A stretch of 64,000 bases of DNA from contig CAMVOL010000004.1 of the NCBI GenBank assembly GCA_947169105.1, positions 40,656 through 104,655 on the forward strand. The letters are read 5' to 3'. Below the pieces are notes generated by a model. The model saw only the letters and a program-made list of their open reading frames with translations, did no database searches and was not told the DNA's origin. Below are positions 53,501 to 62,412 of this stretch, one piece after another (positions within the stretch are counted from its first letter, which is position 1; each line of letters begins with the position of its first letter). The stretch comes from an uncultured Bacteroidales bacterium. Lineage in GTDB: Bacteria; Bacteroidota; Bacteroidia; Bacteroidales; WCHB1-69. A program made the position numbers and the translations under genes.

Positions 53501-54125
53501 GCACCACGGCTGGAATGGTCAGCAAGTTCAACAGGTGGACACCGATAGAAAGCCCTATCAGGTAGGCAATCAGTACGATCCAGCGGTTCGGATTGACATT
53601 CCCTTTCGGGTTGTCGTACTCGAAGTCCCACTTCAGGATGCACCAGAACACCAGTGCGGTGAAGAAGGAGGACATCGCATAGACCTCACCCTCCACGGCG
53701 GAGAACCAGAAGGTGTCGGTGAAGGTGTAGGTGAGTGCGCCAACGATTGCGGAACCGAACAGGGCAACCATACGCCCCGGGGTCATACCGCCCTCCATGT
53801 TTGCCACCAATTTGCGTCCCAGCATTGTCATTGTCCAGAAGAGGAACATGATGGTGAGGCCGCTGCAGATGGCCGACATGCTGTTGATGCACACCGCCAC
53901 TTTCGTCACATCGCCGCCGGCGAACATGCTGAAAACACGGCCAAGAAGCTGGAAGGTCGGTGCTCCAGGGGGATGTCCCACTAACAGTTTGTTGGCGGTG
54001 GCGATATACTCGCCGCAGTCCCACCACGAAGCCGTCGGCTCCGCCGTCATAATATAGACCGCAGAGGCAAAAATACCGATGACCCATCCGAGGATGTCGT
54101 TAACCCATTTGTACTTTTTCGTCAT
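50517..54125 (-). CDS. DUF2723 family polytopic membrane protein (glycosyltransferase-C-fold-like)
   Basis: 1,202 aa. N-terminus AEPTASWWDCGEYIATANKLLVGHPPGAPTFQLLGR is typical of DUF2723, followed by many TM helices and then a soluble C-terminal part. Confidence 0.8.
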   Translation of the reverse strand: MTKKYKWVNDILGWVIGIFASAVYIMTAEPTASWWDCGEYIATANKLLVGHPPGAPTFQLLGRVFSMFAGGDVTKVAVCINSMSAICSGLTIMFLFWTMTMLGRKLVANMEGGMTPGRMVALFGSAIVGALTYTFTDTFWFSAVEGEVYAMSSFFTALVFWCILKWDFEYDNPKGNVNPNRWIVLIAYLIGLSIGVHLLNLLTIPAVVLIVYFKLSKKATVWGVLQTIALASVVAAVFFPTAAMIIIWLFISLPLLIICYRKGTFSSLAEWGILFSLVGSFILLGLVLYGIIPMIVNLAGKFEIFFVNTFGMPFNSGTIIYFVLIAALIAWGLWYGYKKGKGNLVAGVYCFLFLLIGYSTFFVLTIRSNANPTIDENNPEDAVALLAYLNREQYGDTPFLTGRTYDSRPSRYENGNPVYVRDDAAKKYVIADKRENSVPYYDDSQKRFMPRMYDHEHKANYINWLYANDPVKAAKLLNKTRIPDYQENIKFMHSYQFYYMYWRYFLWNFSGRQGDVQGMGGELEGNWITGINAIDQKFLGKQADLKANENKGHNKYYMLPLLLGIIGILFYSARDGKNSFIVLMLFLMTGLAIGFYLNMYAFQPRERDYAFAASFYAFSIWVGFGVFGIYSLFEKLKNSKVQVVAAVLTTCLCLGLVPGLMASQNWDDHNRSHRYTALAAAKAYLDSCAPNAIIFTMGDNDTFPLWYAQEVEGYRTDVRVCNLSLLSAGWYVDQMKRKAYNSDPLPISMEKVQYRDGTRDAVFFLQGNGEYRDLNTVMDIIKQPQYNGQSRLKCGASLPYYGAYVGQDIPASFSIPVDREKVIANGTVKEKDTALIVDRIRWNLKSTIASRSALMVLDMLATNNWERPIYFATSMGSDGYFGLEEYFQLEGFAYRLVPIKSSRAGRIDSDILYENVMNKFDDHTRIDRVNHPDAPAQEPYPYAWGGINDPRVYNSDDNIRTCYYIQNIHSRLAQQLINEHKLDSAERVLDHCQQVLPNDLICYKLNRNPGYTDRWIEIAKMYNACNPEKAMQLLNTIWSVMKEELNFYEGADDRTLKIHHENLELIYSMFLPRMMEYAKDPLDFSGVKLSKSGNYMVANAEHTIQNAMGNVQSLVTERSMLISRANSGEESRENVEQRIQATEDQINDQLQEAAQSMKGLERSIKLFEACGDQNTAEKAKNIHRQYVSQLAMYFGANSFEKY

Positions 54126-54213
54126 CTTGTAATGTTTTTTTGTAATAGTTTATATATTTATCTTATTATAAATCAATGAATTGTAATAAAATTCCATTTT
54201 TACAAAACGATTG

Positions 54214-54221
54214 CAAAGGTA
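54214..54221 (-). promoter_or_regulatory. -7 box (TAccTTTG) for the DUF2723-ppi-pheS-lgt cluster
   Basis: The + strand caaaggta lies about 89 nt upstream of ATG 54125. Confidence 0.5.
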
Positions 54222-54268
54222 TAAAAAAAGTAGGAAAGTTTGAAGGTTGGAAAGTGGTAAAAAAATCG

Positions 54269-54276
54269 TACTTTTG
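54269..54276 (+). promoter_or_regulatory. -7 box (TActTTTG) for the lipoprotein gene
   Basis: TACTTTTG lies about 21 nt upstream of ATG 54297. Confidence 0.6.
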
Positions 54277-54296
54277 CGCCGTTTTTTTTCTGAGGT

Positions 54297-55310
54297 ATGA
54301 AAATGAGATATTTCCACTTCTTTTTGGCTTGTCTGACTGCCGTTTTGCTGACAGCCTGTTCCAAAGATTTCAACTCCAACGCACCATACAAAGACGCTAC
54401 CATCGTTTACGGCATCATCAATGCCGATGATGGCGTCCAGTATGTGAAGATTTATAAGGGCTTTCTGACCAATGAAAACGCTTACGATGTCGCACAGATT
54501 TACGACAGCTTATACTATTTCGACAAAATCACGGTGGATTTGGAGGAGTACAGCAACGGACGGAAAATCAATACGTGGCGGCTTGACACCACCACTGCCA
54601 TTCCCCGCGACATTAACGGCGATATGTCGGCACCGAAACAGCTGCTCTATGTCATTGACCAACCCATCGATTCAAGTAAAACCTATAAACTTGTGATTAC
54701 CAACAAGGAAACAGGGCGTGTTGTCACCGCAGAAACCACAATTGTGGGTAAAACGATAATTTCAAGCCCTGCCACCCAAACTGTTGATATTACGCACACT
54801 ACTGCAAATTCCATAAAATATAAGGCAGCTGAAAATGCGAGTGCTTATATTATCGTTCAGATGTTCAATTATATAGAGAAAAACAAGATCACGGGAGCTA
54901 CCACTATCAAAACGCTTCGGCGTAATTTGACCCCTGGCCCCGTTATAACGACCAGTTTTCAGTTTGTCCCGTATAGTCTCTATGAGTATATTTGCTCCTC
55001 CATTCCAGTGGACGGGACAGTGGATCGCTACCTCCTGCTGGATTCGTGCGTATGCTACGAGGTCTGGGCTGTCAATGAACCGTATTACAACTATGTGCAG
55101 ACCAGCACGATATCGTCAAGTGTGGTGATGGATCATCTGGTCTATACCAATATAGAATGTGAGGATGACGACCTCGTTTTCGGCTTTTTCGGCTCCCGCC
55201 GCAGCACACGCAACGGCTACCGTCTCAACCCGAACTCGCAGGATCTGATTGTGAAGGGCAGCAACTCCCGCAAACTCAATTTCCACTATTGGTACGATTT
55301 GGAGGACTAA
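54297..55310 (+). CDS. hypothetical lipoprotein (possibly DUF4249-like)
   Basis: 337 aa. Lipobox AVLLTACSKD. No confident family assignment. Confidence 0.7.
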   Translation: MKMRYFHFFLACLTAVLLTACSKDFNSNAPYKDATIVYGIINADDGVQYVKIYKGFLTNENAYDVAQIYDSLYYFDKITVDLEEYSNGRKINTWRLDTTTAIPRDINGDMSAPKQLLYVIDQPIDSSKTYKLVITNKETGRVVTAETTIVGKTIISSPATQTVDITHTTANSIKYKAAENASAYIIVQMFNYIEKNKITGATTIKTLRRNLTPGPVITTSFQFVPYSLYEYICSSIPVDGTVDRYLLLDSCVCYEVWAVNEPYYNYVQTSTISSSVVMDHLVYTNIECEDDDLVFGFFGSRRSTRNGYRLNPNSQDLIVKGSNSRKLNFHYWYDLED

Positions 55311-55352
55311 TCCCCATTTTTTCGGACGCACGCGGTGCGTCCCTACAATTTA

Positions 55353-57482
55353 TTATTCGGTTTGAATAATGTCGAAATCCATCTGCCGCCGGTCCATATC
55401 GACACCCGCGACGCGCACGGTGACGGTGTCACCGAAGCGGTAGTTGCGTCCACGGTGAAGTCCCACTAATGTATAGTTCTCTTCGTCAATGTAGTAGAAG
55501 TCATCGTTGAATTTCCGTATGGCGATGAGGCCTTCGCACTTGCTCTCCTTCAGTTCGGCGAAGACGCCCCACTTGCAGATGCCGCTGACGGTGGCCTCGA
55601 ACACCTGCCCCACCTTGTCGGAGAGGAATTCCGCCTGCTTGTATTTGACGGAGGTGCGTTCCGCTTCCACCGCCTTCTGCTCCATCTGGGAACAATGCTC
55701 GCAATACTCCTCAAACTCCTGCTGGTTCACCGAACTTCCCTTGGCGAGGTAGCGGTCGAGGAGTCGGTGCACCATCAGGTCGGGATAGCGCCGGATGGGG
55801 GAGGTGAAATGTGTGTAGAAAGGGAAAGCAAGGCCGTAATGCCCGATGTTTTCGGTGGAATAGACTGCCCGCGCCATCGTGCGGATGGAGAGTTTGCTCA
55901 GCATCTCGTACTCCTGCGTGCCTTTCGCCTGTTGGAACATCTTGTTGAAGGAACTTGCAGATGTCTTGGGCGAACCCACTTTGAAGTCGTAACCGATCTT
56001 CTTGACGAAATTCTTGAAGGTGGTCAGCTTCTCCTCCAACGGCTTGTCGTGGACACGATAGACGAAGGTGCGCGGTTCCTTGTTGGTTGCTGTCTTTTTG
56101 CCGATGCGCTCCGCCACCCTTTTGTTTGCTAAGAGCATGAATTCCTCAATCAGCCAGTTGGCTTCGGTCGAGACCTTCACGTAAACGCCGATGGGTTTCG
56201 CATTCTCGTCCAGCTTGAACTTGACCTCCTCCGTCTCGAAGTTGATGGCGTTGTTCTCGAACCGTTTCTTGCGCAGGATGCGGGCCAAGGCGTTGATGTC
56301 ATTGATTTCGGTGGCGAGCCGTCCCTTACCGCTGTCGATGATCTGCTGAACCTCGTCGTAGTTGAACCTTTCGTCGGAGTTGATGATGGTGTGCCCGAAC
56401 CACTCCTTCACGACCTTTGCCCCCTCGGTCATCTCGAAGAGGACGCTGAAGCAGAGCTTGTCCTCGTGGGGACGGAGCGAGCAGAGGTTGTTCGACAGCA
56501 CCTCCGGAAGCATCGGGATGGTACGGTCCACTAGATAGACGGAGGTGCCGCGCTCGTATGCCTCCTTGTCGATGAGCGTACCAGGCTTGACGTAGTGCGA
56601 CACGTCGGCGATATGGACGCCGATGCGGAAGTTGCCGTTGGGCAGCTTCTCGTAGGAAATGGCATCGTCGAAGTCCTTGGCGTCGGTGGGGTCGATGGTG
56701 AAGGTGGTGATGTCGCGGCAGTCGCGGCGTTTTCGGATTTCCTCTTTCGGGATTTCGACGGGGATGTCCTCCGCCTCTTTCTCCACGTTGGCAGGAAAGG
56801 AGAGGGGAAAGTCGTTTTCGGCGAGGATGGACTGCATCTCCACGTTGTTGTCGCCGGGTCTGCCCAGCACATTGATAACTTCGCCGATAGGGTTGCGACT
56901 GCCGTGTGCCCAATCGACAATGCGGATGACCACCTTGTAGCCGTTCTTGGCCTTTTTCAGGAGGCGTGTGGGGATGAGGATATTATTGCGGTATGACGGG
57001 CTGTCGGGGATGAAGAAGGCGATGCCTTTCTGTATGCTGATGACACCCACCACCTGCTTCTTGCTCCGTTCGATTACCTCCACAATCTCGCCCTCTGTCC
57101 GGCGCCCTTCCTTTTGGGGAAACACCAGCACCTTCACGAGGTCCCCGTGCAGGGCGTTGCTCATATTCCGTTCCGCAATGAAGATATCCTCGTTTTCCCC
57201 TTCCTGTAGTACGAAGGCGGCTCCGCTGAGCTTCACCTCCAAGCGCCCCGTCACGTAGTTGCGGCCGGTGGTCTCCTTGGTCAGGTAGCGTGGATTGATG
57301 CGGTACTTGCCACGACCGCTTTTGAGAAGAATCTTCACATTCACGAATTTCTCAATGATGCGCACCACCTCGGCACGACCCTCCTTGTCGTAGATGTGGA
57401 GCTTCGCTGCTATCTGTTTGTAACCATATTTTTCATTCTTTGAGGCAAAAACCTCGATGATCTTGTTCTCTATGTTTTGCAT
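55353..57482 (-). CDS. rnr: ribonuclease R
   Basis: 709 aa. RNB core IDPTDAKDFDDAIS, HYGLAFPFYTHFTSPIRRYPDLMVHR. C-terminal S1 domain. Confidence 0.93.
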   Translation of the reverse strand: MQNIENKIIEVFASKNEKYGYKQIAAKLHIYDKEGRAEVVRIIEKFVNVKILLKSGRGKYRINPRYLTKETTGRNYVTGRLEVKLSGAAFVLQEGENEDIFIAERNMSNALHGDLVKVLVFPQKEGRRTEGEIVEVIERSKKQVVGVISIQKGIAFFIPDSPSYRNNILIPTRLLKKAKNGYKVVIRIVDWAHGSRNPIGEVINVLGRPGDNNVEMQSILAENDFPLSFPANVEKEAEDIPVEIPKEEIRKRRDCRDITTFTIDPTDAKDFDDAISYEKLPNGNFRIGVHIADVSHYVKPGTLIDKEAYERGTSVYLVDRTIPMLPEVLSNNLCSLRPHEDKLCFSVLFEMTEGAKVVKEWFGHTIINSDERFNYDEVQQIIDSGKGRLATEINDINALARILRKKRFENNAINFETEEVKFKLDENAKPIGVYVKVSTEANWLIEEFMLLANKRVAERIGKKTATNKEPRTFVYRVHDKPLEEKLTTFKNFVKKIGYDFKVGSPKTSASSFNKMFQQAKGTQEYEMLSKLSIRTMARAVYSTENIGHYGLAFPFYTHFTSPIRRYPDLMVHRLLDRYLAKGSSVNQQEFEEYCEHCSQMEQKAVEAERTSVKYKQAEFLSDKVGQVFEATVSGICKWGVFAELKESKCEGLIAIRKFNDDFYYIDEENYTLVGLHRGRNYRFGDTVTVRVAGVDMDRRQMDFDIIQTE

Positions 57483-57483
57483 A

Positions 57484-57631
57484 ATTGTTTTTTTATTCCC
57501 CGCGCTGACGCACAGGGCTATATTCTTTCACCCCTGCGGGGTTCTATAAGGTATTTGTTTTTTTCATACGGGGATTTGCATCCCCGTTTATATTCTCTTG
57601 TCCCTATGGGGCTGCTTGATGTATTTGTTTT
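57484..57631. repeat. ~70-bp tandem repeat (about 2.2 units) with embedded GC hairpins
   Basis: Units start at 57484, 57553 and 57623 with a(t)ttgttttttt. Each full unit contains tatattct[tc]tt. Hairpins: cacccctgcggggt(t) and acgggga-tttgca-tccccgt. Confidence 0.7.
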
Positions 57632-58468
57632 TTATTCATGTGGGTTCCGAAGAAAATCTAGCGGAGAAGCGGCCACATTTCCGAGGAAACAGCCTTTTTC
57701 TTGTGCGACTTCCCCTATAACGCTATGGAAATGGAATGCCACCGAACCCATAAGGTGCAATATATATATATTGTAAGGGAGAAGGGGTTGGATTTGGGTG
57801 CGGAAGAAGTCTGTGAAGCCCTCCATGAGCAGGCTGTGGAGATAGGGGATGTCCCTGTTCATGCCAAGGTAGCGGGCGAAGGAGGCGAGGAGGCGGTTAG
57901 GGGCGGGTTCGCGGTAGAGCCTGCGGATGACCTCGGCCTTGTCAAGTCCGTATGTTCTTTGGAAGTCGGCTTCGATAGGCGCCGGCAGATCGTCCCGCAA
58001 GTACCGTTGTATGAATAGTTTGCCTATATAGGTGCCGCTGCCTTCGTCGCCGAGGAGGTAGCCAAGTGACGGTGCCTGCCGGATGATGGCGGTGCCGTCG
58101 TAGAGGCAGGCGCTGGCACCGGTGCCGAGGATGGCCACGATGCCGCTTCGGTCGGGGCACAGCAGGCGGCACGCCCCGAGGAGGTCGGAGATGACTTCGG
58201 TCTGGGCGGTAGGGTAGAGGCGGGTGAGGATTTCCCCGATGCGTCGGGCGTTGGTGGAATTACCGCAGCCTGCGCCCGAGAACGTCACCTTACGGATGTC
58301 TTCGCCGCCAGTCAGCGCGTGCAGACGTGTCAGTACGGCCTCCATTTCGTTGTCGCGCATGTAGGTGGCGTTGATGCCCTCGTCGGTGCAGTGGCGCACA
58401 TAGTGCCCGTTGTCATCCAGAAGGATGGCGTCGCACTTGGTGGCCCCGCTGTCGAAGAAAAGTTCCAT
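57632..58468 (-). CDS. BadF/BadG/BcrA/BcrD-type ATPase (N-acetylglucosamine kinase-like)
   Basis: ATG 58468 gives MELFFDSGATKCDAILLD. GIVAILGTGASAC, LGDEGSG. Confidence 0.8.
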   Translation of the reverse strand: MELFFDSGATKCDAILLDDNGHYVRHCTDEGINATYMRDNEMEAVLTRLHALTGGEDIRKVTFSGAGCGNSTNARRIGEILTRLYPTAQTEVISDLLGACRLLCPDRSGIVAILGTGASACLYDGTAIIRQAPSLGYLLGDEGSGTYIGKLFIQRYLRDDLPAPIEADFQRTYGLDKAEVIRRLYREPAPNRLLASFARYLGMNRDIPYLHSLLMEGFTDFFRTQIQPLLPYNIYILHLMGSVAFHFHSVIGEVAQEKGCFLGNVAASPLDFLRNPHE

Positions 58469-58495
58469 ATAAATTGCTCGTTTTGAAAACGGGTG

Positions 58496-58503
58496 CAAAG
58501 ATA
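58496..58503 (-). promoter_or_regulatory. -7 box (TAtcTTTG) for the BadF-type ATPase gene
   Basis: The + strand caaagata lies about 28 nt upstream of ATG 58468. Confidence 0.55.
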
Positions 58504-58615
58504 CAATAATAGTTTGTAAAGTTCGTCAGGTTTGTCAAGTAGGGCTGCCACAATGTGGTTGCCAACAAAAAAATCCGCCAGCGAGGCGGATTTTTTTGTT
58601 TTGCCGAAGAACGGC

Positions 58616-59533
58616 TTATTTGTTCACCTGGAATTTCTTGTCGCCGGTCTGGAAGAAGCTGACGATCTGTGCGGCAGCGGCCTTTGCGGCGTTGATGTTG
58701 GCCTCGGCGGTTTCGGCACCTTGTTTTTTCGGGGTGGCGAAGAAACGCTTCTCGAAGCCTTCGAACAGACCCATCTCCACGGGGGCGATGTCGGTGCAGT
58801 ATTTGATATCCTCACGCTCGGCCATAAGTGCGGCGAGTTCCTCTTCGTTGATGACCTCCTTGCGGGCGGTGTTGATCACGCAGCCGCCTTTGGGCATACG
58901 GCCGACGAGGTTCTTGCCGATCGACTTCTTGGTCTGGTCGTTGGCGGGGATGTGGAGGGAGATGTAGTTGCAGTTCTCGTACATCTCTTCGAGGGTGGCG
59001 GGAACGTGCACGCCTTCGGCTTCCATCTTCTCTTTCGGTACGAAGGGGTCGAAAGCCCAGACTTCCATGCCCATGGCTTTGGCCTTTTCGGCGACGAGGC
59101 GGCCGACGTTGCCGTAGGCCTGGATGCCGACCTTCTTGCCTTTCAGCTCGGCACCGGTGCCGGGTTTGAAGGTGTTGCGGGCCATGTAGATCATCATGCC
59201 GAGGGCGAGTTCAGCCACGGCGTTGGAGTTCTGGCCGGGGGTGTTCTCAGCGACGATGTTGTTGGCGGTGCAGGCGGCGAGGTCGAGGTTGTCGAAGCCG
59301 GCTCCTGCGCGGACGACGATCTTCAGGTTCTTGGCGGCGTCCACCACTTGGGCGGTCACCTTGTCGGAACGCACGATCAGAGCGTCCACATCAGCCACTG
59401 CATCGTAAAATTGTTGAACATCAGTGTATTTCTCAAGAAGGCACAGCTCATAACCGGCGGCCTCCACGATTTCGCGAATGCCGTCAACGGCCACTTTCGC
59501 GAAAGGTTTTTCAGTTGCTACTAATACTTTCAT
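58616..59533 (-). CDS. serA: D-3-phosphoglycerate dehydrogenase (short D-2-hydroxyacid dehydrogenase type)
   Basis: 305 aa. VRAGAGFDNLDL, GIQAYGNVGR NAD motif. Context downstream of serC. Confidence 0.85.
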   Translation of the reverse strand: MKVLVATEKPFAKVAVDGIREIVEAAGYELCLLEKYTDVQQFYDAVADVDALIVRSDKVTAQVVDAAKNLKIVVRAGAGFDNLDLAACTANNIVAENTPGQNSNAVAELALGMMIYMARNTFKPGTGAELKGKKVGIQAYGNVGRLVAEKAKAMGMEVWAFDPFVPKEKMEAEGVHVPATLEEMYENCNYISLHIPANDQTKKSIGKNLVGRMPKGGCVINTARKEVINEEELAALMAEREDIKYCTDIAPVEMGLFEGFEKRFFATPKKQGAETAEANINAAKAAAAQIVSFFQTGDKKFQVNK

Positions 59534-59567
59534 TGTGTTTTTTATTTATAAGTTAAGGAGTGAAATT

Positions 59568-59590
59568 GTGAAGATGTGAAAATGTGAAAG
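59568..59590. repeat. left arm of the inverted repeat bracketing the four-helix-bundle gene
   Basis: gtgaagatgtgaaaatgtgaaag compared with the reverse complement of 60007-60028 (gtgaagttgtgaaaatgtgaag) is 20/21 identical over the first 21 nt. Confidence 0.8.
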
Positions 59591-59609
59591 AAGTTAAGGA
59601 GTGGAGATG

Positions 59610-59987
59610 TTAGGATGCTCGTTTGACTTTTGCGGCATTGTTTTCTTTTGCTGTTTTAAGACTTTTGGTTAAAAGTACAATTATATGTTGTAAATCAGAT
59701 AAAAGGCTTTCAGCTTGTGGAGAATCAATATATTCACAATCACGTAAAAGACGAATCCAATAGTGGGTTTCTCTATACTCTTTCAGTGAAATATGAAGTT
59801 TTGCTATGAAATCATTTACGGATTGTGCACCAGAGGCTTCTTCAATATTGGCACCAATAGAAGTTCCGCTTCTAACAATTTGTCTTGAAAGGATATACTC
59901 TTGTTTTTCTTCACGAAGGAATTTCCCGAGTTTGACCATCCTAACTGCAAATTGGTAGCTAATATCCCTCAAAATGCTTTCTTTCAT
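59610..59987 (-). CDS. four-helix-bundle protein (23S rRNA intervening-sequence protein family)
   Basis: The track start 59996 is GTG. ATG 59987 gives MKESILRDISYQFAVRMVKLGKFL...RSGTSIGANIEEA...EYRETHYWIRLL. AT-rich relative to its neighbours. Confidence 0.8.
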   Translation of the reverse strand: MKESILRDISYQFAVRMVKLGKFLREEKQEYILSRQIVRSGTSIGANIEEASGAQSVNDFIAKLHISLKEYRETHYWIRLLRDCEYIDSPQAESLLSDLQHIIVLLTKSLKTAKENNAAKVKRAS

Positions 59988-60006
59988 GTTTTTCACGCTT
60001 TTACAA

Positions 60007-60028
60007 CTTCACATTTTCACAACTTCAC
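60007..60028. repeat. right arm of the inverted repeat bracketing the four-helix-bundle gene
   Basis: cttcacattttcacaacttcac; see 59568-59590. Confidence 0.8.
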
Positions 60029-60035
60029 GGAAAAA

Positions 60036-61154
60036 TTATTTGTTCTTTTTCTCAAAGTCTTGCATGCACTGGACGAGTGCTTCGACGTCTTCGATAGAGC
60101 AGGCGTTGTAGAGGGAGGCGCGGAAGCCACCGACGGAGCGGTGACCCTTGATGCCCACCATGCCGCATTCCTTGGCGTAGGCCATGAAAGCGTCCTGCTT
60201 GTCCTCGTAGCCGGGAGCCATCACCCAGCAGTGGTTCATGATGGAACGGTCGGCCTTGTCGGCGACGGTGCCCACGAACATGCTGTTGCGGTCGATCTCT
60301 TCGTACAGGAGGTTGGATTTCTTGGTGTTGATCTTGTTCATCTCAGCAACGCCACCGATGGTGTTCTTCAGCCAGTTGAGGGTTTCGTGCATGAGGAAGA
60401 TGGCGCCTACCGGCGGAGTGTTGAACATGGAGATGTTCTTGGCCTCTTCAGCGGCGTGGGTTCTGTAGTCCACCATAGTCGGCAGCGGGTTCATATAGGC
60501 GCGGTCGCCGATGTTGCCGAGGATGGATTTCTTCACGATGACGAAGGTGACACCGGCAGGGCCGACGTTCTTCTGGGCGCCACCGTAAATCAAACCGTAT
60601 TTGGTCACGTCAACGGGACGGCTCATAATGTCGGAGGACATGTCAGCGACGAGCATCACATTGTTGCACTTTTCAGCGGTGAAGTCCTCGCGGATTTCAG
60701 TACCGTAAATGGTGTTGTTGGTAGTGATGTGGAAGTAGTCGGCGTCAGCGGGGACGGTCCAACCCTTCGGGATGTAGTTGTAGGTCTTGTCTTCGGAGGA
60801 GGCGATGATGTCAACCTTACCGAACAATTTGGCTTCCTTAGCGGCTTTCTTAGCCCAAACACCCGTCTGGAGGTATGCGGCTTTGCTGCGCATCAGGTTG
60901 GCGGGCACGCAGAAGAACTGGGTGCTGGCACCGCCACCGAGGAACAGAATCTCGTACTCTTCGGGAATGTTGAGGAGGTCGCGCCAAAGCTGACGGGTTT
61001 CAGCCATGATGCGTTCCCAACCCGGAGTACGGTGGGAGATTTCCATGATACCGACACCAGTGTTGTCGAAATCGCGCATGGCATTGATGGTGGACTCAAT
61101 CGCTTCCTTGGGAAGCACGCAGGGACCTGCGTTGAAATTGTGTACTGCTTTCAT
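60036..61154 (-). CDS. serC: 3-phosphoserine aminotransferase
   Basis: 372 aa. NFNAGPCVLPKEA, FLGGGASTQF, AQKNVGPAGVTFVIV. Confidence 0.93.
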   Translation of the reverse strand: MKAVHNFNAGPCVLPKEAIESTINAMRDFDNTGVGIMEISHRTPGWERIMAETRQLWRDLLNIPEEYEILFLGGGASTQFFCVPANLMRSKAAYLQTGVWAKKAAKEAKLFGKVDIIASSEDKTYNYIPKGWTVPADADYFHITTNNTIYGTEIREDFTAEKCNNVMLVADMSSDIMSRPVDVTKYGLIYGGAQKNVGPAGVTFVIVKKSILGNIGDRAYMNPLPTMVDYRTHAAEEAKNISMFNTPPVGAIFLMHETLNWLKNTIGGVAEMNKINTKKSNLLYEEIDRNSMFVGTVADKADRSIMNHCWVMAPGYEDKQDAFMAYAKECGMVGIKGHRSVGGFRASLYNACSIEDVEALVQCMQDFEKKNK

Positions 61155-61210
61155 AAATACAATGATTTTTAATGGTTTATATTAAATTGTAGTATTCTCA
61201 AAAATTGCGG

Positions 61211-61218
61211 CAAAGGTA
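61211..61218 (-). promoter_or_regulatory. -7 box (TAccTTTG) for the serC operon
   Basis: The + strand caaaggta lies about 57 nt upstream of ATG 61154. Confidence 0.55.
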
Positions 61219-61346
61219 CGCCTTTTTTCGATATGGGCGCATCTTTGAATTAAGATTTTTTCACAATGAAAAAACAGTCCGAGAAATACAATTTCTGATG
61301 TTTAAAAATAGGGGAGGCGATGCCCTCCAAAGCCATAAAACAGCAG

Positions 61347-61354
61347 TATCTTTG
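61347..61354 (+). promoter_or_regulatory. -7 box (TAtcTTTG) for mltG
   Basis: TATCTTTG lies about 15 nt upstream of ATG 61369. Confidence 0.55.
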
Positions 61355-61368
61355 CTTTTTCTTTTATT

Positions 61369-62379
61369 ATGAAACTGAAACATATATCTTTCGGATTGTC
61401 AGTGGTTTGTGCTGCGATTCTCGTCGCCATCGCCGCTATCCTTTTTTCGTCCAACGTCCGTAATTCGGAGGCGGCAGTTTTTGTGCCACAAGGCGCCACC
61501 CACGAGCAGCTGCTCGACTCTCTGCGGAAGTACGGGGTGCTCAAAAGCGAGTTCCGCTTCAAGGCGGCGTCCGAACTGCTTCTCTACAAGACCGTCCGTC
61601 CGGGCCGCTATCTTTTCGAGGCGGGCGAGAACAGCTTCTCCATCGTCCGCAAGCTGCGGCGTGGCCAGCACTATCCGGTCAGGTTCACCTTCAACAATGT
61701 CCGCACCAAGGACCAGCTGATGGAGAAATTGTCAAAGTATTACTTCCTTTTTGAATGGCAGGATTTGTATAAATTATTGAATGATAAAGAGTTTCTCGTA
61801 GAATATAACCTTACGCCCGAAACAGCTATCGCCATCTTCATTCCAGATTCGTACGAATTTTATTACGACATCACTGCAGAGGATTTCTTCCATAAGATGT
61901 ACGGCTATTATCAGGATTTCTGGGACGGCAAGCGGACGGAGCAGGCCGCTTCCATCGGTTTTACGCCGATGGAGGTCAACATCCTTGCCTCCATCGTGGA
62001 GGAGGAGAACTTCCGTGAGCCGGAAAAGGCCATCATTGCAGGATTGTATATCAACCGGTTGCATAAGAATATGCTGCTCCAGTCCGACCCGACGGTGAAG
62101 TACGCCCTCGGCAACTTCAAACTGAAACGGGTGCTGAACGAGCATCTGCAGGTCAATTCGCCGTACAATACCTACCGCCATCAGGGACTGCCCCCCGGCC
62201 CAATCCGTATCCCCGCCAAGTCAACGGTGGATTCCGTGCTTCACTATCGACATCATAACTATTTGTATATGTGTGCGAAAGAGGATTTGTCAGGCAGCCA
62301 CAACTTCACTTCCGACTACCATGTGCATTTGCAGAACGCCCGCCGCTATCAGGCCGCAATCACGGCGAAGGGGCTGTAA
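61369..62379 (+). CDS. mltG: endolytic murein transglycosylase MltG (YceG-like)
   Basis: 336 aa with an N-terminal TM helix. LASIVEEE, LQSDPTVKYAL, SPYNTYRHQGLPPGPI. Confidence 0.9.
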   Translation: MKLKHISFGLSVVCAAILVAIAAILFSSNVRNSEAAVFVPQGATHEQLLDSLRKYGVLKSEFRFKAASELLLYKTVRPGRYLFEAGENSFSIVRKLRRGQHYPVRFTFNNVRTKDQLMEKLSKYYFLFEWQDLYKLLNDKEFLVEYNLTPETAIAIFIPDSYEFYYDITAEDFFHKMYGYYQDFWDGKRTEQAASIGFTPMEVNILASIVEEENFREPEKAIIAGLYINRLHKNMLLQSDPTVKYALGNFKLKRVLNEHLQVNSPYNTYRHQGLPPGPIRIPAKSTVDSVLHYRHHNYLYMCAKEDLSGSHNFTSDYHVHLQNARRYQAAITAKGL

Positions 62380-62412
62380 TACTATTTTGAATATCTGAAC
62401 GTTATATACCCC

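Noticed and set aside
51759-53984. 741-aa + strand ORF, the longest unexplained ORF in the track
   Set aside because: It lies entirely antisense to the DUF2723 membrane protein gene (50517-54125), which has a recognisable conserved N-terminus. Its translation is low-complexity and rich in G/V/H/D/R/E, typical of shadow frames in GC-rich genes, and it has no start context or promoter box.
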